Counted from the stretch's first letter, positions 38,215 to 48,415 are shown. The stretch is DNA of 64,000 nt from Escherichia coli (GCF_044324785.1 NZ_CP172127.1); one strand, 5' to 3'. Notes: generated by a model from the letters alone, not told the origin. Translations and numbers: made by a program.

Positions 38215-39185
38215 TATCCCTGAAAGGTCGTCTGCGTGCCGGCGCGCTGTTACTGAGTGTGGCATCACTGCCTCTGGCGTCTGCGTCACTGAATACTGCC
38301 AGCATTATCGCCAGCGCGGCGGCACCGGACTGTATCAGCTGGCGTGTCAGCGGGATTTGTTACTGGCTTTACTGCAGCACGTTTGGCTGCAAGGTCCGAA
38401 CCTCCGTGAAGGTGACGCATTTCATCCCGGAAGTGGTTGTTTCCACCTATACGGCACCGGGTGGTAATCCCTGGAAAGAGATGTCGCTGGTCAGCCGGAC
38501 GGCAGGTGGCCCGGAGAATGCCATCACTGACGGTCTGTCGGGGCTGAGTGCAGGCGGGGGAAATCCGGCGGATATGAAAGCACAGGGGGAGCGGCGTTCA
38601 GCCATTCGCTTCAAATACGCAGATGCGCTGGGGCATCCGGCAACGAAGCTTATCGGCGGGATGGTGCCCGGATTCAGCTGTGATTCACCGGTGACGCCGG
38701 CCATGCCCTATTTCCTGAGTACCCTGGACAGCATCGTCTGGCGAACGGGATTACCTGAATCCCTGTATCCCGAAGCACTGGTTCCCGGCAAACGCGAGAT
38801 TGGCAGCCAGGCCGATAAAAACATGTGGGGGAGTGTTTATCCAAGAAGCGGTTTTGTGATGCAGACCGATGATGACCGGGCCGCGGCGGTGGTGGCCCAG
38901 CGGGTGGCCGACATTATCACGCGGACGGGGGAGCCGCATGTCTACAGGGAGGTGAAGGGCGTGAAACGTGACGGCTACTGGCCCCCGGAGGCGGTGGAGG
39001 AAAACACCGGCACCCGCAATCACAAATGGCAGCGACTGACGCCGTCAGTGTCGCGTTCCTGTGCCGTTTTCCCGGATGGTGAACACCAGGCAGCGGAGAA
39101 CGGTAATGCCGCCTTTGCACTGTGGCAGCCCTACAGTTGCTGCAAAAAGCGCGGGCAGCGATTCCTTGGCAGTACGAATTTTTAA
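38211..39185 (+). CDS. TraU-like T4SS protein
   Basis: Signal peptide; Cys-rich mature region; family by recall. Confidence 0.65.
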   Translation: MISLKGRLRAGALLLSVASLPLASASLNTASIIASAAAPDCISWRVSGICYWLYCSTFGCKVRTSVKVTHFIPEVVVSTYTAPGGNPWKEMSLVSRTAGGPENAITDGLSGLSAGGGNPADMKAQGERRSAIRFKYADALGHPATKLIGGMVPGFSCDSPVTPAMPYFLSTLDSIVWRTGLPESLYPEALVPGKREIGSQADKNMWGSVYPRSGFVMQTDDDRAAAVVAQRVADIITRTGEPHVYREVKGVKRDGYWPPEAVEENTGTRNHKWQRLTPSVSRSCAVFPDGEHQAAENGNAAFALWQPYSCCKKRGQRFLGSTNF

Positions 39186-39191
39186 GGAACC

Positions 39192-40613
39192 ATGATGATG
39201 AAGATGAAAACAGGTGTGGTGGCACTGAGTGTGATGCTGTGCTGCAGTACTCCGGTGATGGCTGATCTTCTTTCCCTGCCGAAACTGAATGACAGCACGT
39301 TCGGTTACGGGAAATCCGTGGATGGCGCCGTATCTGACAAACTGTTCTATACGCTGGGTGGCGGCTCGGTGATCTCCCAGCCAGCCACGCGCAGCAACAT
39401 GCAGAAGCTGGGTATGGACCTGGGCTGGAGCAGCGATCTGATGTGCGGCAACTTTGACCTGAAGACCACGGTGGGTAATCAGCTTAACGGCGTGACCGAA
39501 GGTTTTAAAAATCTGATGGGGGATGTGATTCAGGGGGCGACCGGCGCCGTTGCCAGTCTGCCGGCGATGGTGATACAGCGTGCCAATCCCGGCCTGTACG
39601 ACATGATCACCAACGGTGTGCTGCAGGCGAATGTGGCTTTCGACAAGGCGCAACTGAACTGCCAGAACATGGCAAAACGGATGATGGACTTTTCTGATCG
39701 CAGCAAATGGACGCAGGCTGCGATGCTGGAAGAGTACAAGAAGGTGGTGAACAGCGGTGACGGCGATGCGGTGAAAGGGGATGAGGCCGGGCGTCAGGCC
39801 ACCGGGAAGGAGGGTAAGAAATGGATTGGCGGACAGCAGCGTGGCGGGGCAGGTCAGCCCGCCATCCGGCCGGTGCATGATCTGACAGCGGCCGGGTTTA
39901 ACATGATGAACGGTCTGCCCGTGACCAGTACGGCCAGCGTCAGTGCCGGCAACTGTAACGGCAGCGCCTGTGAGATGTTCCGGAATGCAGAAGAGGCCGC
40001 GAAGGCGGTGGTGAAGGTGCTGGGTGATCGTACCATGCGCACCTGTACGGATGCGAAGGCCTGTACCAGCGGGGATAATGAACAGCAGCAGGGAACCGTT
40101 GCAGGAACGGGGTTTGCGCCGGTGCTGGAAGAGGCGACCCGGGTGAACACGGAACAACTGGTCCGTCTGGTGAATGGTCAGGAGAAACCCACAGCGGAGA
40201 ATCTGGCAAAACTGAAAACCGGCAGTCTGGCTGTCTCTGCAGGGGTGATCAATGCCCTGCGTCGTGACCCGGACAATATGTCCCTGACATCGCGGCTGGC
40301 GGGAGAACTGGCGATGGCGCATACCGTGGAAACGGCTCTGGTGATGCGCAGAATGCTGCTCACCGGGATGTCTGAGCCGTATGCGGCCGCAGAAGATGCC
40401 GCGATTCAGGAAGGCGACCGGCGTATCGCTTCACTGGACAGGGAAATCATGGCGCTGAAGAACGAGATGGAGCTGAAACGCGATCTGGCACGTAACAGCG
40501 TGCTGACCATCATTGAACGCGACAATGAGCGCGTGGGCAGCAACCCGATGATCCAGCCTGCAGACAATACTGACAGTCGTGTCCGGGCACTGGAAACTCC
40601 GGACGGGGAGTAA
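39192..40613 (+). CDS. T4SS protein (secreted, coiled-coil C-terminus)
   Basis: Signal peptide; conserved block position. Confidence 0.65.
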   Translation: MMMKMKTGVVALSVMLCCSTPVMADLLSLPKLNDSTFGYGKSVDGAVSDKLFYTLGGGSVISQPATRSNMQKLGMDLGWSSDLMCGNFDLKTTVGNQLNGVTEGFKNLMGDVIQGATGAVASLPAMVIQRANPGLYDMITNGVLQANVAFDKAQLNCQNMAKRMMDFSDRSKWTQAAMLEEYKKVVNSGDGDAVKGDEAGRQATGKEGKKWIGGQQRGGAGQPAIRPVHDLTAAGFNMMNGLPVTSTASVSAGNCNGSACEMFRNAEEAAKAVVKVLGDRTMRTCTDAKACTSGDNEQQQGTVAGTGFAPVLEEATRVNTEQLVRLVNGQEKPTAENLAKLKTGSLAVSAGVINALRRDPDNMSLTSRLAGELAMAHTVETALVMRRMLLTGMSEPYAAAEDAAIQEGDRRIASLDREIMALKNEMELKRDLARNSVLTIIERDNERVGSNPMIQPADNTDSRVRALETPDGE

Positions 40614-40617
40614 GCGT

Positions 40618-40977
40618 ATGGCGATGACTCAGGGGACAAAAGCGGGGCTGGTCCTGAAGGGCGTTAAGGTGGCCGGCATGTGGCTGTCGGGCCTTATTGC
40701 CATGATGATTCTGGCCCTCCTGGTGGCTGATACGGGCATGCGGCATACGCAGGAAGTGGAAGCATTACGGCTCTGGCTCCACGAGACACGTTTCGGATGG
40801 CTGGGGTGGCGGGTGTGCCTCTACGGTGCGCTGGCATGGGGATGCCGGAAAATCTGGCGTGCGCCGGGGTTCAGACCGGAATACCGCCGTCCCTTTGCGC
40901 GGATTTGTCTGGTCAGTGCTCTGTTTGCGTTACTTTGCGAGTACAGCATTTTTTTCGGACCGGGGGCTGAACTGTGA
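40618..40977 (+). CDS. Membrane protein
   Basis: SD GGGGAG before ATG 40618; TM helices. Confidence 0.55.
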   Translation: MAMTQGTKAGLVLKGVKVAGMWLSGLIAMMILALLVADTGMRHTQEVEALRLWLHETRFGWLGWRVCLYGALAWGCRKIWRAPGFRPEYRRPFARICLVSALFALLCEYSIFFGPGAEL

Positions 40978-42476
40978 CCACGAATAACTATCTGGAACAC
41001 TTTCTGACCCTGCTGGGCTGGCTGGTGAATAACGGCCTGTGGGATCTGCTGACGGGGACGGGGCTGTTTGCCCTGCCACTGGCCTTCAGGGTTATCGGGA
41101 TCTGGCTGAAAGTGCGGGAAGAGGGGGCGGATGAGGGAAATAAAGGGATGCTCTCACTGCCCCGCATTGAGCATGCCCTGTATGGTGCATTTTTTGTGAT
41201 GGTGGCCTGCTGTGTGCCGCTGGTACAGGTGACGCTGGACACGCTGAAATTTGATCGCAGCCGTGCCCAGACCTGCGGTGTGTGGACACCGAAAGCACCC
41301 GGTGATACCGGGTACAGCGGGGTGATCAGCAGCCTGGGTGACAGGACAGCGGCCGCCCCGGTGTGGTGGGTGGTGGTGCATAAACTCTCCAAAGGTGTGA
41401 CGCAGGCTGCTGTGGCGTCCATTCCCTGCCGGCCGGATATACGGCAACTGCGTTTTGAGGTGCAGCGGACATTCATTGCGAACCGGGCGCTGGCCGACGA
41501 GCTGCAGGACTTCACCAACGACTGTTACTCGCTGGCGCTGTATCAGTGGAAGCAGCGTGACCAGGGGATGACGAAGGACAGGAAGCTGCTTTCGGATATC
41601 AGCTGGATTGGCAGCAGTACGTTCATGCAGGGTGACTACGGGACACTGCAGTCGAAAATGCCACGTGCGGCATTCCCGTGGAATAGCGCCCGTGACAGCG
41701 GCCGTCCGGATACGGGACGGGGGGGTTATCCCACATGCCGTGAATGGTGGAGTGACAGTAGTGTCGGGCTGAAGAAGCGGGTGACAGAGGAAGTTGATGA
41801 AGGACTGTGGTTACGTATTTCGGCGGCAATGAAAATGCTGGGGAACGCGCAGGCGAACTACCAGGAGGAAATCATCAAACGTCTGGTGAGTCCGGCGAAC
41901 CTGACCCTGTCACAGGGGGGGGAGGTGTACCGTGGCTATGGCGGTAATGCAGATATGACGGCGGCGAATGCGGTCACGCGTGCAGCAGGCACGGCGGGTT
42001 CTGCCGTTGCTAGTCTGGCAGCGTTTCCGGCGTTTGATGCGATGCGGCAGGCGCTGCCGATGGTGCAGAGTATTCTGCTGATGGCGGTGTATATCATGCT
42101 CCCGTTGATTCTGGCGTTTGCGGCGTATGAATTCAGCACGCTGATCACACTGACGTTTGTGGTGTTTGCACTGAATTTCCTGACGTTCTGGTGGGAGCTG
42201 GCGCGGTGGCTTGACAGCTGGATGCTGACGGCCTTGTACAGTTCGGACACGCATTCCCGAGTGAACATGATGGGGCTGCAGAACACGTCGGATGATATCA
42301 TCATGAATTTTGTGATGGGCACGATGTTTCTCGTATTACCGGCGGTGTGGCTGGGAGCATTATCCTGGGCTGGAGTTAATATCGGACAGGCTATTTCTGA
42401 GGGATTCAATCGAGCAGGGCATGTTACACAACAAGCAGGCCAGCATGCTGGAAGTTTTGTTAAAAGAATAAAATAA
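40974..42476 (+). CDS. traG: TraG-like (N-terminal domain type) conjugal transfer membrane protein
   Basis: GTG start; multiple TM helices at both ends; last gene of T4SS block. Confidence 0.75.
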   Translation: MTTNNYLEHFLTLLGWLVNNGLWDLLTGTGLFALPLAFRVIGIWLKVREEGADEGNKGMLSLPRIEHALYGAFFVMVACCVPLVQVTLDTLKFDRSRAQTCGVWTPKAPGDTGYSGVISSLGDRTAAAPVWWVVVHKLSKGVTQAAVASIPCRPDIRQLRFEVQRTFIANRALADELQDFTNDCYSLALYQWKQRDQGMTKDRKLLSDISWIGSSTFMQGDYGTLQSKMPRAAFPWNSARDSGRPDTGRGGYPTCREWWSDSSVGLKKRVTEEVDEGLWLRISAAMKMLGNAQANYQEEIIKRLVSPANLTLSQGGEVYRGYGGNADMTAANAVTRAAGTAGSAVASLAAFPAFDAMRQALPMVQSILLMAVYIMLPLILAFAAYEFSTLITLTFVVFALNFLTFWWELARWLDSWMLTALYSSDTHSRVNMMGLQNTSDDIIMNFVMGTMFLVLPAVWLGALSWAGVNIGQAISEGFNRAGHVTQQAGQHAGSFVKRIK

Positions 42477-42489
42477 CTACCTGTTTTTT

Positions 42490-42527
42490 ATGGCGATATT
42501 TGTCATGAATATCGCCATATTTTTATT
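42490..42527 (+). terminator. Hairpin terminator after traG
   Basis: ATGGCGATATT-tgtcatga-AATATCGCCAT followed by ATTTTTATT. Confidence 0.55.
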
Positions 42528-42822
42528 CTGGCGTTTTGTAAGGGCTACCACTCCATTCTCTACTATCAATAGGATGATGATCTCGATAAAGAGGATGAAA
42601 GGGATTGAACATCGCTTCATTCGAATCTTTTTCATTTGAATCGCATATATCAGATAAAACAGATGTTAAATAATTGTTTTCTTTCTTATTGACACGATGA
42701 ACCGTGTGTGGACCAGAATCCGGTAAAACCGCACAGATAGCCTTTTTCAGCAGGCGGCTGAAAGTCCATGGTGTGTCAGAGGTTTTGCAACTCCACATTG
42801 CTTTTTCTGTTTCATTGGTCAT
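42523..42822 (-). CDS. Hypothetical protein
   Basis: SD GGAGG 6 nt before ATG 42822 (MTNETEKAMW...); AT-rich. Confidence 0.45.
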   Translation of the reverse strand: MTNETEKAMWSCKTSDTPWTFSRLLKKAICAVLPDSGPHTVHRVNKKENNYLTSVLSDICDSNEKDSNEAMFNPFHPLYRDHHPIDSREWSGSPYKTPE

Positions 42823-43118
42823 CGCGGCCTCCTGTAAGTGGATAATCATCCTGGTACTATCATACGTGTTGTATGATAAATGTTCAATGCTTGCGAATCC
42901 AGGTATAATTGTCCGATTTTGCACCTCCTGCTGTACAGCTTGTGATGTGGGCCAGGATGTGACTCTGCATGTCACAATAGCTCCAGGAACTTCAGTCTCA
43001 GCCCTGCTGAACATTGTGTGATTAATTTTTAAAAATGAGAAAAGAATAATCTCTCTTTTTAGTCGTCCGGCTATGCCTTAATTCTCCCTGAGTCAAAACC
43101 TGTATCAGGAGAAGCTGA

Positions 43119-43691
43119 ATGAAAATATCAAAACTGGTTGTTGTGGCTACAGTATGTTCCACGCTTAGTGCATGTTCCGTGGAAGAGATGGCTGCTGTGA
43201 ACAAGAAAATCAGTGACGGTGCATTTGCTGTGACGAAAGCGCTCAATGGGGGAACGGGCTACGCGGATAATGGTATGCCGATCCTTAACAAGCAATTGCC
43301 GCCGGCGCAGGATAAACGCGAAAATGTTATTGATGTCCCTGTTGATGTGGATACCGCAGCAGGCCGACTGAAACGCTATTACAAGTTTTACTCGAATGAT
43401 GAGGTAAATGCGATCCGCAATAACGGCACAACTGACGGAAAATGGCAGGCAAGTGCGATTATTGACAATGGGCATATCTGGGATGCGATGCCGGGCAGTT
43501 ACTACAAAATGGGAGGAAACTGGCGTAAAGGCAGCTTTGATGATCACCTGACGATTGAGGTGGAAAAGAACGGTAAGGGAAGCCGGGTCTATATCACCTA
43601 TGCTTCAGCTTCTCAGGCGCATTTGCAGGCAAGTTCTCTTGAGCCTCTGTTTAAGCGAGTGAAGGATGTGGCTGAAGGAAAGGTTCGTTGA
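43119..43691 (+). CDS. Putative lipoprotein
   Basis: Signal peptide with lipobox LSAC; SD AGGAGAA. Confidence 0.6.
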   Translation: MKISKLVVVATVCSTLSACSVEEMAAVNKKISDGAFAVTKALNGGTGYADNGMPILNKQLPPAQDKRENVIDVPVDVDTAAGRLKRYYKFYSNDEVNAIRNNGTTDGKWQASAIIDNGHIWDAMPGSYYKMGGNWRKGSFDDHLTIEVEKNGKGSRVYITYASASQAHLQASSLEPLFKRVKDVAEGKVR

Positions 43692-43915
43692 TGAGCACGC
43701 CACGGGCAAGCCCTTATGGCTAAAGGAGAGGGAGATTGCCCGTGGCGGCCCACTTTTTTTAATCATTTTTTTACCATGTTGTCCAGTATTTTTACATAAG
43801 TGAAACATCTGGTGTTGTTTTCTGTTCATCGTGCTGGAAGTTACAGGGCTTGTAATTGAACGGGGAGAGATGTAATTTACGTGCGCAAAAATTTTACTCA
43901 AGGGGGAGAAAACCG

Positions 43916-44179
43916 ATGAAACCGAATATCCATCCTGAATACCGTACTGTGGTGTTCCACGATACCAGTATCGATGAGTACTATAAAATTGGTTCGACCA
44001 TCAAGACTGAACGTGTGATTGAGCTTGATGGTGTCACCTATCCGTACGTAACAATTGATGTTTCCTCTAAGTCGCATCCTTTCTACACTGGCAAACTGAG
44101 AACTGTTGCTTCAGAAGGTAACGTGGCGCGCTTTAACCAGCGTTTCGGTCGTTTTGTTGACACCAAAAAAGGCGCATGA
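43916..44179 (+). CDS. ykgM: 50S ribosomal protein L31 type B (zinc-independent paralog)
   Basis: [31 protein letters not shown]... matches RpmE2/YkgM by recall, lacks the CxxC zinc ribbon; SD GGGGAGAAAA. Confidence 0.8.
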   Translation: MKPNIHPEYRTVVFHDTSIDEYYKIGSTIKTERVIELDGVTYPYVTIDVSSKSHPFYTGKLRTVASEGNVARFNQRFGRFVDTKKGA

Positions 44180-44301
44180 GCAGAAATCGATCACAGGCGC
44201 TATTGATATGCAAAAGTATTGCTTGAGTGTCTGAGGTCGGTTATTTTACGTTTCACAAGAAAGAAGCACTTAAACAGAAACTCACAGTCCATATTCCTTC
44301 A

Positions 44302-44325
44302 TCCCCGGTTACGGGGATTTTTTTT
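44302..44325 (+). terminator. Rho-independent terminator after ykgM-like gene
   Basis: TCCCCG-gtta-CGGGGA followed by T8. Confidence 0.6.
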
Positions 44326-44898
44326 AGCTGTTGTCTGGGGAGGGAAGGGGGCTGTGTCGGGCTGGGAGCTGTAAGGCTGCGATTGTCCGGGTGATGTCTG
44401 AACATGCGGTATGTTTGCGTTAAACAAGGGGGGAGTATGTGGATACTGATTTTCTGGCTTTCAACACCATATTCAGTGTCATCCAGTGTTGCCAGACAAC
44501 CAACGCTTGCTGTTCATTCTCAGGAGTTCGCTGGCTGAGATGAAGAAGGTGAATGTCGGAGAACTGACCCTGAGGGGGATCTGTGTCTCAAAAGAATAGT
44601 GGGGTAGAGGGAGCGAACCAGGCTGTTTTATCAGGATGTGATTCTGGAGAGTCCGCTCGCCGCAGTCCGGCGACCGAACGGTAGTGAGCGAGCGGACGAG
44701 GAAGCGGAACGTCACAGTTCTTTCATAATGCACCTACGCTGTGTGGTTACATGGGTAAAGGATGAATATCACCATTCTATATCTGTTTCTGAAAAACAGT
44801 TTCGCTTGTTGCCTGTCATTGCCGGCTGGCGTTAGCATACAGAGGCGGTATTATCCCCTGTGATATTACGGGTTATTTTGTTTTGCTCTGTAAGACCT

Positions 44899-44924
44899 GG
44901 CCAGCTATTATGCTGGCCTTTTTT
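44899..44924 (+). terminator. Hairpin plus T-run
   Basis: GGCCAGC-tattat-GCTGGCC followed by TTTTTT. Confidence 0.45.
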
Positions 44925-44929
44925 GTGGT

Positions 44930-45247
44930 TTATTGTTCGCAGTCCAGCATTGCAAATAATTTTCGTTTCTGTTCCTTCACATACTCAACATCAACAGTAC
45001 AATCCAGATAACTTAACTCATCTTCTGTCCAGGCATTGATGGATTCTTTTATTCGGTGTGTCACATCCGGTGTGAGTATGTCGCGCATTTTCTCAATGGT
45101 ATCCCGGCTTATTTCTCCTCGTGGAGATTCAAGCAGAGGAATTACTGCCTGATGTCCCGGAGGGAGTATAAGACGTAATTCATATTTAAGTGTTTCGTTG
45201 AGTAAACGACAGAAAGCACTGTATTTCTCTTTCCGGGTACTGTTCAT
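44930..45247 (-). CDS. Hypothetical protein (low GC)
   Basis: SD GAGAAGGAA before ATG 45247. Confidence 0.5.
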   Translation of the reverse strand: MNSTRKEKYSAFCRLLNETLKYELRLILPPGHQAVIPLLESPRGEISRDTIEKMRDILTPDVTHRIKESINAWTEDELSYLDCTVDVEYVKEQKRKLFAMLDCEQ

Positions 45248-45342
45248 CGTTTTATTCCTTCTCATTACTGTGCATGGTGTAAGATTAAAGCGTTTTGCAA
45301 AAGATGTACAAGTTGTTTTTATCCGGATTTAATATCATGGAC

Positions 45343-45996
45343 TCACTTTTCTTTTGTGTCAGTGGGTACTGCATTGTTTATTAGCCACGGCAATTGTTGA
45401 TTACCCTGTATTTTTCGGATGTAGTTATCAATAATATCTTTTGTTTCATCACTATTATTATAAAAAGATTCAAGTGTGCATATAAAATCATCATTTAATG
45501 CAGGTAGCAGGATTATGTTTTTTACTGTGAACCGGATATGACGATTACTCAGTGTTTTTAAATAAAGTTTCTTTCCAATAACAGGATTTACATTGAAAAT
45601 ATTGTAACAGATTTCCACTGTGTTTTCTGAAGGTGCGTATAATACGTATACCGGATATTTTTTATGAAGTTTTATCAGGCAATTTATAAAGTCTAAGGAA
45701 TTTGTTTGTTTTGCTTTTTCTCGCATCTTATTTACGTGTTGCGAAAAGAAATATGCTTTTGTAAATATAAAAAGAAAAATAAGCGCAGTGTTTAACAGAA
45801 ATGTGATGGCAATTGTTATAAATAACCATTTACCTGAACCTGTATTAAAGATATGGGATGAAAGATACCCACCTGTCAGCAACAAAAATATAAATAATAA
45901 TGACTGCATTTTTTCCTGGTTGTTTATTGATGATTTCAGACACAGAAATATAACAACACATGCAAAGCTCCAGAAAAATATAACAGCAAAATCCAT
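45343..45996 (-). CDS. Hypothetical membrane protein (3 N-terminal TM helices plus soluble C-domain; low GC)
   Basis: SD AAAGGTGA before ATG 45996; strongly AT-rich relative to ICE backbone. Confidence 0.55.
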   Translation of the reverse strand: MDFAVIFFWSFACVVIFLCLKSSINNQEKMQSLLFIFLLLTGGYLSSHIFNTGSGKWLFITIAITFLLNTALIFLFIFTKAYFFSQHVNKMREKAKQTNSLDFINCLIKLHKKYPVYVLYAPSENTVEICYNIFNVNPVIGKKLYLKTLSNRHIRFTVKNIILLPALNDDFICTLESFYNNSDETKDIIDNYIRKIQGNQQLPWLINNAVPTDTKEK

Positions 45997-46162
45997 ATTA
46001 TCACCTTTTGTCTGACAGTTCATTTGTTGATGCTATCACGATATTCGCGATGCGGTAAATATATCAATATGTTGGTTTATTTGTGTAATACATTATTTCC
46101 CATATGCCATAAATCAGTCTGTTGACGATAGCTTTTTTCTTTTGTTATTCTGTTCCCGCATT

Positions 46163-46478
46163 AACTGTCGCTTCGGCGACCACCAATGTTCCATGAGGCC
46201 TGTGAGGAACGCCTTCGGGTGGCCCATGTCGCTCCGGCGACCACCAATGTTCCATGTGGCCTGTGAGGAACGCCTTCGGGTGGCCCACGTCGCTCCGGCG
46301 ACCACCAATGCTCCATCTGACCAGTGAGGAGCGCCTTCGGGTGGTCAGTTTTACACCTCCGTAGCCTGAAAGGAGCTGTGCGTGCTGATGGGATATGTTT
46401 CCGGAAGTACGGGTAAATCTGCACACCTTTGCGAGCAGATGTCACCACGGTTTACGTGATGATGAAGGCATTCCGGAT
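46163..46478 (+). repeat. Structured ~320-bp element, copy 2 of 3
   Basis: Same three-unit plus hairpin-tail organisation as 17941-18270, with a few substitutions. Confidence 0.85.
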
Positions 46479-47175
46479 TTCGTCCGGTACTTTTACTTTT
46501 TCTCAGCAGACTTTCATAAAAAATGCTTTATGGATCTGCGTCTTAACATATTTTCTGACTTTCCGCATAAGCTTCTTATGACTGTGCGCACGGCATAAGG
46601 CCATTTGAAATTTGGCCGCTTGCGTGTGTACGTGGAGTTTGAAGCAGTGCATGCGTCACTTTTGTCGGCGTTCACGCTGACAAAGTGACGCATGAACGTC
46701 GACTCAACGAACCCGCATAAACAGGCTCTTCACGGGATGTTTTTTAACATTTGAAGAAGTGACCTGACGTGATCGTTTTTTTTCAACTTCATTCTGTTTC
46801 GTAGTGACGTCTCTCCGGTAAAACTTCCGGAAAAACGTCAGTCAACAGAATATCATTGTTTTTTAAGGAGTTTAATGTAGTGAGATGCCGAATCGGCGAT
46901 ATATCTGACAGGCAGATATGTCGGGGGCGACCTTCAGAGGTACAGTTAATTCTGCGGCCGGTTAAACTAACCGGCTTGACACCCCGCAAAACCTGAACAC
47001 TTTGCGTTACCCTGACGCACAGGCACTCACTCACCGAAGGAACGTAACGAAGAACCGTGTCGTCAGGTGAAATGCAGATGAATTCTTCTGTTGTGTTCAC
47101 GGCACAACAGAAGAATTCATCTGTGTTGTGTGCTGCTGTTTTGTTTAGGTCATAGGTCATAAGGAGAATGTACAG

Positions 47176-48081
47176 ATGTCCAGACGTGAGAAATTGCTTA
47201 AAAAGGATCTGGTTGCTCATGTCCGAAAAGAAAAGGGGAGTTTTAAAAAGTTAAGTGACTATACAAGGATTATGCATCGATTCGCTGAAACGCTTGCTCG
47301 TCTGAATGTACAGATTAGTTCTGCTGCACAGTTAAAAGTTCGTCACATTGAATTATATATGAACAGCAGGACGGATGTATCAAAACGAACGAGAGAAAAT
47401 GAAATGTCAGCAATACGCGCGGTTTTACGTCAGGTTGGTAAGAATAAACTTGCCGATCCCAGCCATCCACGGCTGAGTAATAAAGCATTAGGTATTTCAG
47501 GTGAGAGTCGTAAAGGTACGAAAAGTCTGATTACAGACGATCGTTTTCGTGAAATTCTTCAGCGCATTGAACAAAAAGATAAAGGACTCGCTGCAACGGT
47601 TAAATTGTCGCGTTATCTTGGTCTGAGAAATGAGGAGGCCATTCAGTCCGCCAAATCGCTCAAAACATGGAAACAGGCATTAGAACGGGGAGATGAAAAA
47701 TTACGTGTTATTTTTGGTACGAAAGGCGGTCGTGAGAGAATGACCACGATTGTTGACAGAAATAATGTTATTGAGGCTGTTAATTATGCTATTAAATATG
47801 CCGGTGAGCATGACGGGCGATTAATCGACAGAGGTAATCTTAAGTCTGCAATGAATTATTATCTTAACTCATTGCGTCGTTATGGTGAAATGAAAGGCGG
47901 TGATGAGACACCACATAGTTTTCGTTACAGTTATGCCGCAAGTGCAATGAAATACCATATTATGAATGGTTACAGTTATCATGAAGCGCTTGCATTAACA
48001 TCTATGGATCTTGGTCACGGTGACGGCAGAGGACGTTATATCGAGCAGGTATATTGCCAGTTGTTAGGACATGAAGAATAG
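47176..48081 (+). CDS. Tyrosine-recombinase/integrase-like protein
   Basis: SD TAAGGAGAA before ATG; candidate catalytic residues R (LGLRNEEA), HxxR (HSFRYSYA), Y (GRGRYIEQVY); family by pattern only. Confidence 0.55.
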   Translation: MSRREKLLKKDLVAHVRKEKGSFKKLSDYTRIMHRFAETLARLNVQISSAAQLKVRHIELYMNSRTDVSKRTRENEMSAIRAVLRQVGKNKLADPSHPRLSNKALGISGESRKGTKSLITDDRFREILQRIEQKDKGLAATVKLSRYLGLRNEEAIQSAKSLKTWKQALERGDEKLRVIFGTKGGRERMTTIVDRNNVIEAVNYAIKYAGEHDGRLIDRGNLKSAMNYYLNSLRRYGEMKGGDETPHSFRYSYAASAMKYHIMNGYSYHEALALTSMDLGHGDGRGRYIEQVYCQLLGHEE

Positions 48082-48121
48082 CTGTTATTATATTGTAGCC
48101 ATTTTCTTAAAAGGGACCGTT

Positions 48122-48415
48122 ATGAGTGATTATATTTATATGACTATTACTTCTGTTAAAAGTATCACTGACAACTCTCCTTTCTGGTCTTATGATTTAG
48201 GTTATTATCTTTATTCAGGAAAACTTGTGTCTTTTTATTGTGAGGGCATGTCCAACGAATGGGATATGTGTTCTGCTATCGCGGATCATTTTGACGTTGT
48301 CGGAGATTTTTCTTTTGATGTTATTCGTAAGAAAAAAAGAACGCTGATACGTGGGAACTGCGTTTTTCTTTTTGAACAACCCTTTCCGGGAGCGTATAAA
48401 ATACCGCTTTACTGA
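48122..48415 (+). CDS. Hypothetical protein (AT-rich)
   Basis: SD AAAGGGA before ATG 48122. Confidence 0.4.
   Translation: MSDYIYMTITSVKSITDNSPFWSYDLGYYLYSGKLVSFYCEGMSNEWDMCSAIADHFDVVGDFSFDVIRKKKRTLIRGNCVFLFEQPFPGAYKIPLY

Noticed and set aside
43800-43915. Zur box upstream of the ykgM-like gene
   Set aside because: No sequence resembling the AT-rich palindromic Zur operator recognised by eye; cannot exclude a divergent site without a matrix scan
46789-47220. 143-aa minus-strand ORF overlapping the palindrome-rich region and the start of the recombinase-like gene
   Set aside because: No SD, overlaps strong secondary-structure elements and a better-supported plus-strand gene start
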